Part shown: positions 39,608 through 49,097 of the stretch, in pieces | Layout: each line of letters begins with the position of its first letter | Numbering within the stretch: position 1 is the first letter of the stretch | NCBI GenBank assembly: GCA_900547315.1 | Contig: URGI01000001.1 | Span: 12,639 to 76,638, forward strand | Direction: 5' to 3' | Length of the DNA: 64,000 bases | DNA from: an uncultured Eubacteriales bacterium | GTDB taxonomy: Bacteria; Bacillota; Clostridia; Oscillospirales; Oscillospiraceae | Made by a program: the position numbers and the translations under genes | Notes under the pieces: model-generated | Databases searched by the model: none | What the model saw: the letters and a program-made list of their open reading frames with translations, nothing else | Told to the model about the DNA's origin: nothing

Positions 39608-41257
39608 ATGAAAAAATACAATCTTGACTTAAGCGGCTACAATGTGCCGCATGATATGCTGCCTACCAAACCGGAAGAGCGCAACTGGAACATTTACAGC
39701 TTCTTCGCTCTCTGGATCGGCATGGATATCGGTATCCCCACTTACATGCTCGCTTCTGGACTTATTGAGGGCGGCATGAACCTCAAGTGGGCCATGATTA
39801 CCATTTTGCTTGCGAATATAATCATTGCATTCCCCATCATGCTCAACGGCCATGCCGGTGCGAAGTATGGTATTCCTTCCACCGTTTATTGGCGCTCCGC
39901 GTTCGGCTTCAACGGCGCAAGCGTCGCTGCGGTTCTCCGCGGCATCGTGGCTGCCGGCTGGTGCGGCATCCAGTTCTGGATCGGCGGCAACGCGCTGAAC
40001 GTTGCGCTGTCCATCCTCATCCCCGCGTGGGGCAACTGGGCCTTGGGCAAATGGGTTTGCTTTGTAGTGTTCCTTCTGCTGAACCTCTATATACTTATCA
40101 ACGGACTTGGTGCGATAAAGAAGATGGAACATCTCTGCGCACCCATGCTCATCATCTGGCTGATCGTCATGCTCATCTGGGCGCGTACCACCGCGGGCAG
40201 CTGGGGACCGATGGTCAACGCCAAGATGACCTTCGCAACCACCGCGGAGTTCGTCGCTTTCTTCGTCGTCAGCCTCAACTCCAACATCAGCTACTGGTGC
40301 TCCATGCCCCTTACGGTCACTGACTTCACCAAGGCGGCAAAGGATCAGCGCAGTCAGGAAGTTGGCCAGCTGCTCGGCATACCCACCGGTATGTTCCTGC
40401 TCGCTCTCGTCGGCGCTCTGGTCAGCTCCTGCACCATCGTTATCTTCGGACATGTCATCACCGACCCCGTTGCTCTCACCAGCATGATCGGCCATCCTGC
40501 GCTGATCGTCGGCATGATGCTCTTCCTCATCATCGCAACTCTTACCACGAACGTCGCCGCAAACGCCCTTACCCCGGCGGTTGCAATCGTTCACCTCACC
40601 AACGGCAAGCTGAACTTCAAGTGGGCTGCTGTCGTTCTCTGCGCCATCGGCGTCGCAATTCGTCCTTGGGTGCTCATCAACGACATGGGTCTTTACATGA
40701 ACTTCTTCCTCAACGGCGGCGGCGCTCTGCTCGGCCCCGTTGTCGGGGTGACGATCTGCCACTACTTCTTCGTCTGCCGCACCGAGCTTGACGTTAGAAG
40801 CCTTTATGTTCCAGAAGGCGAGTCGATGTTCCTGAACATCAAGAAGTACAACAAGCCCACCTACATAATCATCTGGGCGATGTCGGCTATTATGCTTCTT
40901 ATCGCGCAGCTGGCTCCCGCATCCTGGCAGACCGCAACCTGCACTTTGGGCTGCTCCATGCGCTTCTCCATGAACGCCATGGCCATAATCTGCATTGCGC
41001 TGGGCTATCTGGTCTTCCGCAAGAGAGAAGGCGGCATCAACTCCCTGAGCTACCTCACCCTTGCGATAAGCTTTGTCATCATCTTCCTCGGCCTGTGGGT
41101 TCCCGTAGCGCACTGGCTGTATGACGCGTCCTTCATCGTCGGCACTCTGCTTGGCCTGGGCATCTACGTCCTGCTCATGCGCGTGTGCGACAAGGACTTC
41201 ATGGTCAAGAAAGCCGCCGAGCACAAGGCAGCCAAGGCTGAAGAGGCAAACGCCTGA
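39608..41257 (+). CDS. NCS1 family permease (nucleobase-cation symporter-1: cytosine/uracil/allantoin/hydantoin-type)
   Basis: 549-aa 12-TM protein with the NCS1 N-terminal pattern (ERNWNIYSFFALWIGMDIGIPTYMLASGLI). GGGAGAT RBS. Confidence 0.8.
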   Translation: MKKYNLDLSGYNVPHDMLPTKPEERNWNIYSFFALWIGMDIGIPTYMLASGLIEGGMNLKWAMITILLANIIIAFPIMLNGHAGAKYGIPSTVYWRSAFGFNGASVAAVLRGIVAAGWCGIQFWIGGNALNVALSILIPAWGNWALGKWVCFVVFLLLNLYILINGLGAIKKMEHLCAPMLIIWLIVMLIWARTTAGSWGPMVNAKMTFATTAEFVAFFVVSLNSNISYWCSMPLTVTDFTKAAKDQRSQEVGQLLGIPTGMFLLALVGALVSSCTIVIFGHVITDPVALTSMIGHPALIVGMMLFLIIATLTTNVAANALTPAVAIVHLTNGKLNFKWAAVVLCAIGVAIRPWVLINDMGLYMNFFLNGGGALLGPVVGVTICHYFFVCRTELDVRSLYVPEGESMFLNIKKYNKPTYIIIWAMSAIMLLIAQLAPASWQTATCTLGCSMRFSMNAMAIICIALGYLVFRKREGGINSLSYLTLAISFVIIFLGLWVPVAHWLYDASFIVGTLLGLGIYVLLMRVCDKDFMVKKAAEHKAAKAEEANA

Positions 41258-41280
41258 TCGACCTCAAACAGGAGCAAAAA

Positions 41281-42105
41281 ATGAGAAACGTAACTATCAG
41301 CGTCATCCAGCTTGAAAACAAGCTCTTTGATAAGAATGCGAACCTTCTCAAGGCCGACGGACTCATCCGTCAGGCCGCGGCAAAGGGCGCAAAAATGATA
41401 TGCCTGCCCGAACTTTTTGTCACGGGCTACAACCTCAACGCCTTCGGCGACAGGATATATGAGCTTGGCGAAGGGCTGACCGGCCCCACCATCACTCATA
41501 TGCGCGCTCTGGCAAAGGAGCTTGGCGTGTACATAATAGCGCCCATAGCCATGCAGATGCGCACGACCCGCCCGCTGGAGAACAACGCCGTCGTTATCGA
41601 CGACGAGGGCGAGGTCATCGGCACCTACAGCAAAAACCATCTCTTCGGCGACGAGCCGAAATACTTCACCGCCAACGGTGAATACCCGGTGTTTGACACC
41701 AAATACGGCAAGATCGGCATAATGATCTGCTGCGATAACAACTTCCCCGAACCCGCGCGCATCCTTGCGCTCGGCGGCGCGGAGCTGATATTCATGCCCG
41801 CGGCATGGCGCGTACAGGAAGCGGATCTGTGGAAGCTCCTCATCTCCTCGCACGCCTGCGAGAACAATGTGTTCATCGCCGCAGCCAATGTCTTCAGCCG
41901 TATGGACGATCTGTTCCTTTTCGGACACAGCAAGGTCGTCGATCCCAGAGGCAGAGTTCTGCGCGAATCCGAGACGGAGGGAGACGATGTGCTCGTTGAG
42001 ACCATCGATCTCGATTCCGTGTACGAGCATCGCGCCTGCATGCCCAGCCTCAAGGATCGCCACCCCGAAACCTACGATGCGTTCATCGAACCGGTGAACG
42101 TGTAA
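41281..42105 (+). CDS. Carbon-nitrogen hydrolase family amidase (nitrilase superfamily branch that includes N-carbamoyl-amino-acid amidohydrolases, beta-ureidopropionase and omega-amidase)
   Basis: Catalytic triad context: E in LPELF, K in YSKNHLF, C in MICCDNNFPE. Confidence 0.8.
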   Translation: MRNVTISVIQLENKLFDKNANLLKADGLIRQAAAKGAKMICLPELFVTGYNLNAFGDRIYELGEGLTGPTITHMRALAKELGVYIIAPIAMQMRTTRPLENNAVVIDDEGEVIGTYSKNHLFGDEPKYFTANGEYPVFDTKYGKIGIMICCDNNFPEPARILALGGAELIFMPAAWRVQEADLWKLLISSHACENNVFIAAANVFSRMDDLFLFGHSKVVDPRGRVLRESETEGDDVLVETIDLDSVYEHRACMPSLKDRHPETYDAFIEPVNV

Positions 42106-42192
42106 GCACAGCGAAAGCGGGCGGTGCGCAAATCATTTGCCGCGCCGCCTGCAAATTAAGCCTTTGGCTTTATTATAATGGAGGAAAATAAA

Positions 42193-43383
42193 ATGTCTGG
42201 ATTACTTGACGGCGTAGTCGTACTCGACCTTACGCGTGTTCTTGCAGGCCCCTACTGCGGAATGATAATGGCCGATATGGGCGCGACCGTAATTAAGCTC
42301 GAAAACCCGGCCGGCGGCGACGATACGCGCAAAATGGGCCCGTTTGTTAACGAAAACAGCGTTTATTATGCAAACTTCAACAGAAGCAAGCTCGGCTGCA
42401 CGCTCAATCTCAAGGCTCCCGAAGGAAAAGAGATTTTCAAAGAGCTTGTAAAGAAGGCCGACATTGTTATTGAGAACTACCGTCCCGGCACCATGGAAAA
42501 GCTCGGTCTCGGCTACGATGTTCTCAAGGAAATAAATCCCGCGATAATCTACGGCGCAGTCTCCGGCTTCGGCCACACCGGCCCGCTGAGCAGACGCGCA
42601 GGCTATGACATAGTCGGTCAGGCAATGGGCGGCCTTATGAGCACCACCGGCTGGCCCGACGGCGAGCCGACCCGTTCCGGCACCCCCATGGGCGACGTCC
42701 TCGGCGGCCTGAACCTCACCATCGGCGTCCTTGCCGCGCTGAATAACCGCCAGAAGACCGGCCTTGGCGAAAAGGTCGACGTCGCGCTGGTCGACTCCGT
42801 TGCGTCCGCGATGGAGAACATAACCATGATTTATCAGGCCACCGGCCGTATCCCCCAGCGCATAGGCAACCGCTATGAGTCTACATATCCGTACGACTCC
42901 TTCCCCGCGAAGGACGGCAACGTCATTATTGCTGCCGGCAATAACAAGCTCTTTGCTATCCTGTGCCAGGTCATGGGTCAGCCGGAGCTGGCTCAGGATC
43001 CGCGCTTCGTCGAGATAAAGGATCGCGTTGCAAACCATGCGCCCCTGCGCAGAATCGTCTCCGCGTGGAGCGAGAACTACACCATCGCCGAGATCGACCA
43101 GATGCTCAACTCCGCCGGCTGCCCCGCCAGCGCCGTCAACACCATCGACAGACTCGTTGTCGATCCGCAGATCTCCGGCGCGCGCAACATGTTCCCCGAA
43201 ATAGACCAGCCGGGCATCGGCAAGCTCCATATCACCGCCATTGCCCCCAAGCTCACCCGCACCGACTCCTATCCCAGAAAGGCCGCTCCGCTGCTCGGCG
43301 AGGACAACGCCAATGTCTACGGAGAGTATCTCGGCTTCGACGCGGGCAAGCTCGAACAGCTCAAGAACGACGGCGTCATCTGA
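42193..43383 (+). CDS. Family III CoA-transferase (CaiB/BaiF family; e.g. formyl-CoA, itaconate or citramalate CoA-transferase-like)
   Basis: N-terminal LDGVVVLDLTRVLAGPYCGMIMADMGATVIKLE is the family III signature. ATG at 42193 after a GGAGGA RBS. Confidence 0.85.
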   Translation: MSGLLDGVVVLDLTRVLAGPYCGMIMADMGATVIKLENPAGGDDTRKMGPFVNENSVYYANFNRSKLGCTLNLKAPEGKEIFKELVKKADIVIENYRPGTMEKLGLGYDVLKEINPAIIYGAVSGFGHTGPLSRRAGYDIVGQAMGGLMSTTGWPDGEPTRSGTPMGDVLGGLNLTIGVLAALNNRQKTGLGEKVDVALVDSVASAMENITMIYQATGRIPQRIGNRYESTYPYDSFPAKDGNVIIAAGNNKLFAILCQVMGQPELAQDPRFVEIKDRVANHAPLRRIVSAWSENYTIAEIDQMLNSAGCPASAVNTIDRLVVDPQISGARNMFPEIDQPGIGKLHITAIAPKLTRTDSYPRKAAPLLGEDNANVYGEYLGFDAGKLEQLKNDGVI

Positions 43384-43402
43384 TTTTCGGGAGGTAAGAA
43401 TA

Positions 43403-44314
43403 ATGTCTGAATATCCGAAAAGCGTACAGCTCGTCGAGGTCGGCCCAAGAGACGGCTTCCAGAGCGTGAAGGAATTCATCCCCACCGAGACAAAGAAAAA
43501 GGTCATCGACATGCTCGTCGCGGCCGGCTGCAAGAAGATACAGGCCACGTCCTTCGTAAACCCCAAGGCCATCCCCCAGATGGCGGATGCCGCGGAGATA
43601 GCCGAGTACGTGCTCAAGACCTATCCCGACGTTTCGTTCTATGCGCTCACCCCGAACGCCAGAGGTGTCCAGAACGCATGGGACGCCGGCTTCCGTGAGG
43701 TCAGCTATGTCATCTCCGTCTCCGCGGGGCACAACATGGCGAACGTCCGCCGCACCCCGGACGAGTCCTTTGCCGATCTCCGCGCGATCCGCGAGCGCTA
43801 TCCCGACATGAAGATCGTCCTTGACGCAGCAACCACCTTCGGCTGCCCGTTCGACGGCGTCGTCACGACGGAGCAGGTCGTCGCGTATCTTGAAAAGGCG
43901 CGCGAAGCCGGCATCACCGCCGTTGACCTCTGTGATACCATCGGCATCGCAAACCCGCTTCAGGTTGAGCGCCTTGCGGGCGTTGTGCTCGAAAAGTTCC
44001 CGGAGATAAGCTTCGGCATACATATTCACGACACCCGTAACATGGGCATCGTCAATACGCTCACCGCCATCCGCTCCGGCATCACCAGAGTGTCCACCAC
44101 CTGCGGCGGCATGGGCGGCTGCCCGTTCGCACCCGGCGCGTCCGGCAACACCTCCAGCGAGGATCTCGTGTTCATGCTCGACCAGATGGGCATCGACACC
44201 GGCGTCAGCTTCGAGAAGCTGCTGGAGACGGCGCGCTTCCTCAAGGAGAACGTCCCCGCAAATTACAGCGGCCACCAGATGAATATTGCCCCGAAGCAGT
44301 GCGTCATGGGCTGA
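43403..44314 (+). CDS. HMG-CoA lyase-like (DRE-TIM HMGL family) acyl-CoA lyase; candidate citramalyl-CoA / HMG-CoA-type lyase
   Basis: VEVGPRDGFQ, HIHDTRNMG and GGCPFA motifs. ATG at 43403 after a GGGAGG RBS. Confidence 0.8.
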   Translation: MSEYPKSVQLVEVGPRDGFQSVKEFIPTETKKKVIDMLVAAGCKKIQATSFVNPKAIPQMADAAEIAEYVLKTYPDVSFYALTPNARGVQNAWDAGFREVSYVISVSAGHNMANVRRTPDESFADLRAIRERYPDMKIVLDAATTFGCPFDGVVTTEQVVAYLEKAREAGITAVDLCDTIGIANPLQVERLAGVVLEKFPEISFGIHIHDTRNMGIVNTLTAIRSGITRVSTTCGGMGGCPFAPGASGNTSSEDLVFMLDQMGIDTGVSFEKLLETARFLKENVPANYSGHQMNIAPKQCVMG

Positions 44315-44335
44315 TCGCCCCGCCGCACTTTACGG

Positions 44336-44383
44336 AAAACAAATCCCGCGTACCGTTCGGTACGCGGGATTTGTCGGTTTATG
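44336..44383 (+). terminator. Intrinsic terminator ending operon 2 of the island
   Basis: 12-bp stem ATCCCGCGTACC/GGTACGCGGGAT with loop GTTC, then TTGTCGGTTTAT. Confidence 0.6.
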
Positions 44384-44524
44384 ACTGCCGACACGCCGAA
44401 AGCGCAGGAAAATCCAAGAATCGTGCGGATGGGGCGCACACGCGTATTGTGTTTTGACAAATAATGAGCTAAAATAAAATGCTAGGCGCAGTGACAGACG
44501 ATAGGCGATCTGACGAGCTTCTAC

Positions 44525-45328
44525 ATGATAACCGGCATTGTCTTGCTCCAGCTCATGCAGTTCTTCATGAACGTCGGCTCCGTCTCCGGCACCTTCGGCA
44601 CGATGAAGAAGATAGCCCAGATAATGGACACAGACTCCGAACCGGACGGCGGGGAGCCTGTCCCGGAAGTGTGCGCCGACATAGAGTTCGACAATGTCAG
44701 CTTCGCCTACGCCGGGGGACAGGACGTCATAAAGAATCTGTCCGTGAAGATACCCATGGGCAAGGTGACGGCCGTCATCGGCGGCAACGGCGCGGGCAAA
44801 TCGACGCTGTTCAAGCTGCTTCTTCATCTTTACGAGCCGAAGAGCGGCGAGATCCGCTTCGGCGGGGACGGCATCGGCAAATACTCCCTGACCGACTGGC
44901 GCGACAGGTTCGCCGTCGTCTCTCAGCGCAATCCGCTTATCGGCGGCACCGTGCGCGAGAACATCGCCTACGGTCTTGACCGCGAGGTCAGCGACGAGGA
45001 ACTGGCGGAGACCGCCCGCAGAGCCAACTTCTCCGGCGGTCAGGGGCAGTGCATCTCCATTGCGCGCGCCATGCTGAGAAACGCCGACTACCTGCTGCTC
45101 GACGAGGCGACGAGCAATCTCGACGTCGTAAGCGAGGCGGAAGTGACCGGCGCGATGGACGAGCTGATGCGGGATAAGACCACTATAATGATCGCCCATA
45201 ACTACGCGGCGACGCGAAACGCCGACTACATAATCGTTATGAAGGACGGTGCGGTCGAGGCCGCGGGAACGCCGGACGAGCTGCTGAAGACGAACGAGTA
45301 TTATAAAATGTTCGTCAAGACGCTCTGA
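44525..45328 (+). pseudogene. 3' remnant of an ABC exporter gene (end of TM6 plus nucleotide-binding domain only; no transmembrane domain, no RBS)
   Basis: Walker A GGNGAGKST, degenerate signature FSGGQGQCISIARAM, Walker B LLLDEATSNLD. The frame is closed by an in-frame TGA only 10 codons upstream of the first ATG. Confidence 0.55.
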
Positions 45329-45351
45329 ATATAAAAATAAGAGGATAAATA

Positions 45352-48237
45352 ATGCAGAAATTGTTGTCAAAACTCAGCGCCGCGCAGTCGGGGGAGATAT
45401 GCTCCGGCTTCAGGCTCATAAAGAAAGAATATGTCGCGGCGAAGTCCGCGGAGCTGTACACCCTGCGCCATGAGAAAACCGGCGCGGAGCTGCTGTATTT
45501 CGACCGCGCGGACGAGAACAAAACCTTCACCATCTGCTTCAAGACGCTTCCCGAGGATGACACAGGCGTGTTCCACATACTTGAGCATAGCGTCCTGAAC
45601 GGCTCGCGGCGTTTTCCGGTGAAGGAGCCGTTCGTCACGCTGCTGCAGGGCTCGATGCAGACCTATCTCAATGCCCTGACCTTCAGCGACAAGACGATGT
45701 ATCCCGTCTCCAGCCGCAACGAGCAGGATCTCTTTAACCTTATGTCCGTCTATCTCGACGCGGTGTTCTGCCCGCTGATACATGAGCGCCCTGAGATATT
45801 CATGCAGGAGGGCTGGCACTACGAGTTCGACGGCGAGACCGGCAAGCCGTACTATAACGGCGTCGTGTTCAGCGAGATGAAGGGCGCGTTTTCCGATGTG
45901 GACACGCTCATCGGAAACGAAATGCACCGCCTGCTCTACCCCAACACGAGTTACGGCTATGTCAGCGGCGGCGACCCCAAATACATAACCAGCCTGAGCT
46001 ACGAGAAGTTCACCGCCGCGCATAAGCGCTTCTACCACCCCTCGAACGCGCGCATATTCCTCGACGGGCATATGAACATCGACGCGGTGCTGGAGTATAT
46101 CGACGGGGAGTACCTGTCAAAGTACGAGTACCGCGCGCCGGACTTTGATTTTGCCATGCAGACGCCCGTGACCGCGGAAAAGACCATCAGCTACGAGGTG
46201 CGCGAGGGCGAAGAGGCGCTGGCGCATATGGCGTCGGCAAAGATACTCTGCACCCATAAGGATGTCGAAAAGCTGTACGCGGCGGAGATACTCGCCGATT
46301 ACCTGACCGGCTCCAACGAAGCGCCGCTCAAGCGCGCGTTTCTGGAGAGCGGCCTCGCGCAGGACGTGAGCATCGACGTGAACGATGGAATGTATCAGCC
46401 GAACATCGCCGTCGTCGTGCGCAACACTGCGCCGGAGAATTTCGCCGCGATAAAGGCGTTCATCCCCGAAACTGTGCGAGGGCTGCTGGCTGAAGGTCTG
46501 AACCGAGAAGCCCTGTCCGCGTCGCTTGAGCGCTCCGCGTTCACCAACCGCGAGATAACAGAGCCTTCCGGCCTGAACCTCGCCATCCGCGCGCTGGACG
46601 GCTGGCTCTATGGTGATGATCCGCTCACGCATATAGACAACGCATGGATATTTGACTCCCTGCGTGAGAAGCTGGACACCGATTATTTTACCGACCTGCT
46701 CGTCGAAATGCTCGGCAGCGCGGAGGACAAGTGCTATGTGTACGTCTTGCCGTCTGCGGAAAAGGGGCAGGAAGATGCGCGCGAGGAGGCGGAGCGCCTG
46801 GCCGCGGCTACCGCGGACTGGGACGACGCCAGATTCGCGCGGGCCAGAGCGGAATTCGAGAAAATGCAGCAGTGGCAGCAGAGCATGGACAGCGAGGAAG
46901 ACCTCGCCGCGCTGCCGCACCTGAACCTTGAGGACGTGCCCAAGGATGTAGTTCCGGCGAAAACGGAGCTGACGCGCGTTGACGGTGTGGAAGTGCTGCG
47001 GCTGGATTCCGACACCAACGGTATAGTCTATCTGAATCTGTACTTCGACGTGTCGGACTTCGACGCGGACGAGCTGCGCCTGCTCAATGTGCTGACCACA
47101 TTCTTCGGCGAGCTGCGCACCGAGCACTACTCCGCCGACCGGCTCCAGACGAAGATCAAGGCGACCCTGGGCGGGCTTGCGGCGCGCGTGGAGCTTATCC
47201 CGAAGCGCGGCGAGCTGCGCGAATGCAGGCCGTACCTGCTGGTCTTCGCCAGCATGCTGGAGGAAAACGTCCCCGCGGCGCTGGAGCTGCTGGAAGAGCT
47301 GTTCATAAACGGCCGCTACGACGAAACGGGCAGAATAAGCGAGACTGTTCTGCAGTCGGATTATTTCATAAAGCAATCGCTCATCGTCAACGGCCATGCC
47401 TACGCCGTCACCAAGTCGCTCTCGGCGTTTTCCGCGGAGGGCGCGATGAAGGAGCTGCTTGAGGGCGAGAGCTTTGTGCGCTGGTTCTCCGATTTTGCTG
47501 CGAACTTTGAGGCAAATTCCGGCGAATACGCCGCGCGCTTTGCCGCGCTCGCCGCGAAGGCCTTCGCGTCCAACCGTCTGTTCGCCGGCTTTGGCGGAAA
47601 GATGGACGCGCAGACGCTCGGCGGCCTCATACGCGCGCTGCCCGCAAACGAAAAGGGCGCGGCGGCGGAATACCCCGCCTATGACGGCGAGGACTGCGCG
47701 ATAGAGATCGCCTCCGACGTGGGCTACTCCGCACTGGGACATAACCTCTATGCGCTGGGCGGCAGCTTCAGCGGCGAGTATGCGGTGCTGGCCTCGCTCG
47801 TCAGCTATGGCTACCTCTGGAACATGATCCGCGTGCAGGGCGGCGCCTACGGCACGGGCATGAACGTGCGCTCCAACGGCGACGTTTTCTGCTATTCCTA
47901 CCGTGACCCGAATGTTGAAAATTCGCTCGCGGTCTACGGCGGCATACCCGATTTTCTGGCGGAATTCCTGAGCCAGGGGATGCCGATGGACGATATCATC
48001 ATCGGGACTGTCAACACCACGGAGCCGCTGCTCGACCCCGCGGGCGTGTGCGAGCTGGAATGCATCAGATATCTGAAAGGCACAACGGCGGCGGACATTT
48101 CGCGTATACGCAGGGAAATTCTCGGCACGACCGCAGAGAAGCTTCTGAAGCTGGCAGAGCCGCTGAGAGTCTATGCCGAAAACGGCAAGTTCTGCGCCGT
48201 CGGCAGCAAGAACGCGGTGGCGTTTCTGAACAAATAA
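45352..48237 (+). CDS. M16-family (insulinase/pitrilysin-like, M16C-type) zinc metallopeptidase, about 960 aa
   Basis: Inverted zinc motif HILEH near the N-terminus. The length and four-domain layout are typical of M16C/PreP-like peptidases. Confidence 0.75.
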   Translation: MQKLLSKLSAAQSGEICSGFRLIKKEYVAAKSAELYTLRHEKTGAELLYFDRADENKTFTICFKTLPEDDTGVFHILEHSVLNGSRRFPVKEPFVTLLQGSMQTYLNALTFSDKTMYPVSSRNEQDLFNLMSVYLDAVFCPLIHERPEIFMQEGWHYEFDGETGKPYYNGVVFSEMKGAFSDVDTLIGNEMHRLLYPNTSYGYVSGGDPKYITSLSYEKFTAAHKRFYHPSNARIFLDGHMNIDAVLEYIDGEYLSKYEYRAPDFDFAMQTPVTAEKTISYEVREGEEALAHMASAKILCTHKDVEKLYAAEILADYLTGSNEAPLKRAFLESGLAQDVSIDVNDGMYQPNIAVVVRNTAPENFAAIKAFIPETVRGLLAEGLNREALSASLERSAFTNREITEPSGLNLAIRALDGWLYGDDPLTHIDNAWIFDSLREKLDTDYFTDLLVEMLGSAEDKCYVYVLPSAEKGQEDAREEAERLAAATADWDDARFARARAEFEKMQQWQQSMDSEEDLAALPHLNLEDVPKDVVPAKTELTRVDGVEVLRLDSDTNGIVYLNLYFDVSDFDADELRLLNVLTTFFGELRTEHYSADRLQTKIKATLGGLAARVELIPKRGELRECRPYLLVFASMLEENVPAALELLEELFINGRYDETGRISETVLQSDYFIKQSLIVNGHAYAVTKSLSAFSAEGAMKELLEGESFVRWFSDFAANFEANSGEYAARFAALAAKAFASNRLFAGFGGKMDAQTLGGLIRALPANEKGAAAEYPAYDGEDCAIEIASDVGYSALGHNLYALGGSFSGEYAVLASLVSYGYLWNMIRVQGGAYGTGMNVRSNGDVFCYSYRDPNVENSLAVYGGIPDFLAEFLSQGMPMDDIIIGTVNTTEPLLDPAGVCELECIRYLKGTTAADISRIRREILGTTAEKLLKLAEPLRVYAENGKFCAVGSKNAVAFLNK

Positions 48238-48254
48238 ATCACTCCAAAAAGTTA

Positions 48255-48296
48255 GAAAAAATAACTCCGGAAGCATTGCTTCCGGAGTTGTTGCGT
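48255..48296. terminator. Bidirectional intrinsic terminator between the M16 peptidase (+) and the phosphoesterase gene (-)
   Basis: 12-bp stem AACTCCGGAAGC/GCTTCCGGAGTT with loop ATT. Confidence 0.55.
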
Positions 48297-48301
48297 TTCG
48301 G

Positions 48302-48775
48302 TTACAGCTCCTTTATCTCACAGGCTATCGCGCCGTTATCGAAGACGGTGACGACCGCCCATGTCAGCGTGCGGCCTTTTCCGGCCGTGCCGGGGTTGAG
48401 GAGCTGGACGCCGCCCGCCTCGCCGTAATACGCCTCGTGCGTATGGCCGAACATGGCGATCTTCGCCCCGGCCTCCTGCGCGGCGTACACGAGAGAATCG
48501 AGTCTGCCGTATTCAACGCCGTAGGTGTGCCCATGGCAGATGAAAGCCTTCACGGGGCCGAGCGGGACGATGTCAGTGTCGGGTGCGTCGGAGGAGATAT
48601 CGCAGTTGCCGCGCACGGAGTAGAGCGGTATCTCAGGGAATTTCTCGCGCAGGATCGCGGTGTCGCGGGAGTGGTCGCCGAGATGGATTATCAGGTCGGG
48701 GCGGCAGCGCGCCACGGCCTCGACCATAAGCGCGGTGTTGCTGTGAGTGTCGGAAAAAACGGCAGCTTTCATCAT
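48302..48775 (-). CDS. YfcE-like metallophosphoesterase (MPP superfamily phosphodiesterase)
   Basis: Start at MMKAAVFSDTHSN (AAGGAGA RBS). MPP motifs DTHS, GDH, GNCD and GHTH. The 293-aa track ORF includes an unsupported N-terminal extension. Confidence 0.75.
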   Translation of the reverse strand: MMKAAVFSDTHSNTALMVEAVARCRPDLIIHLGDHSRDTAILREKFPEIPLYSVRGNCDISSDAPDTDIVPLGPVKAFICHGHTYGVEYGRLDSLVYAAQEAGAKIAMFGHTHEAYYGEAGGVQLLNPGTAGKGRTLTWAVVTVFDNGAIACEIKEL

Positions 48776-48844
48776 GTATTCTCCTTTGTGATTATCATTG
48801 AGACGGCTCCTGAATATAATGTAGCGAACAGGAGCGTGATTTCC

Positions 48845-49084
48845 ATGAAAGATTTTGAACGCATAGGCAAAGAGCTTGAGCGGCGCGGCAAGACCGGCAG
48901 CATCAAGAGCATTGCGGAGTCCGAGGACGGACAGCGTATAAGCAGGATGATAGATACGGAGGCGGTCGAGCGCGCGGCGCGCAGCGGGGACGCGGCGGCG
49001 ATGAAAAATATCCTTGGGCAGGTGCTCGGCACCGCGGAGGGCAAGCGCCTCGCGGAGAGCATCCGCCGCATGATGCAGGATTAA
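48845..49084 (+). CDS. Hypothetical small protein (79 aa)
   Basis: ATG at 48845 with an AGGAGCG RBS about 10 nt upstream. Charged, helical-looking sequence with no recognisable family. Confidence 0.4.
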   Translation: MKDFERIGKELERRGKTGSIKSIAESEDGQRISRMIDTEAVERAARSGDAAAMKNILGQVLGTAEGKRLAESIRRMMQD

Positions 49085-49097
49085 AACGGAGGCCGCC

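Noticed and set aside
46117-48276. 719-aa - strand ORF. Similar long antisense ORFs lie at 20241-21509, 52001-53488, 60084-61523 and 42202-43617.
   Set aside because: All of them are antisense to well-supported genes (the M16 peptidase, DAK2, gltX, V-ATPase subunit A, and the CoA-transferase/CN-hydrolase genes). They lack RBSs, and their composition is skewed to Arg/Ala/Gly/His, as expected from GC-rich third-position complementarity.
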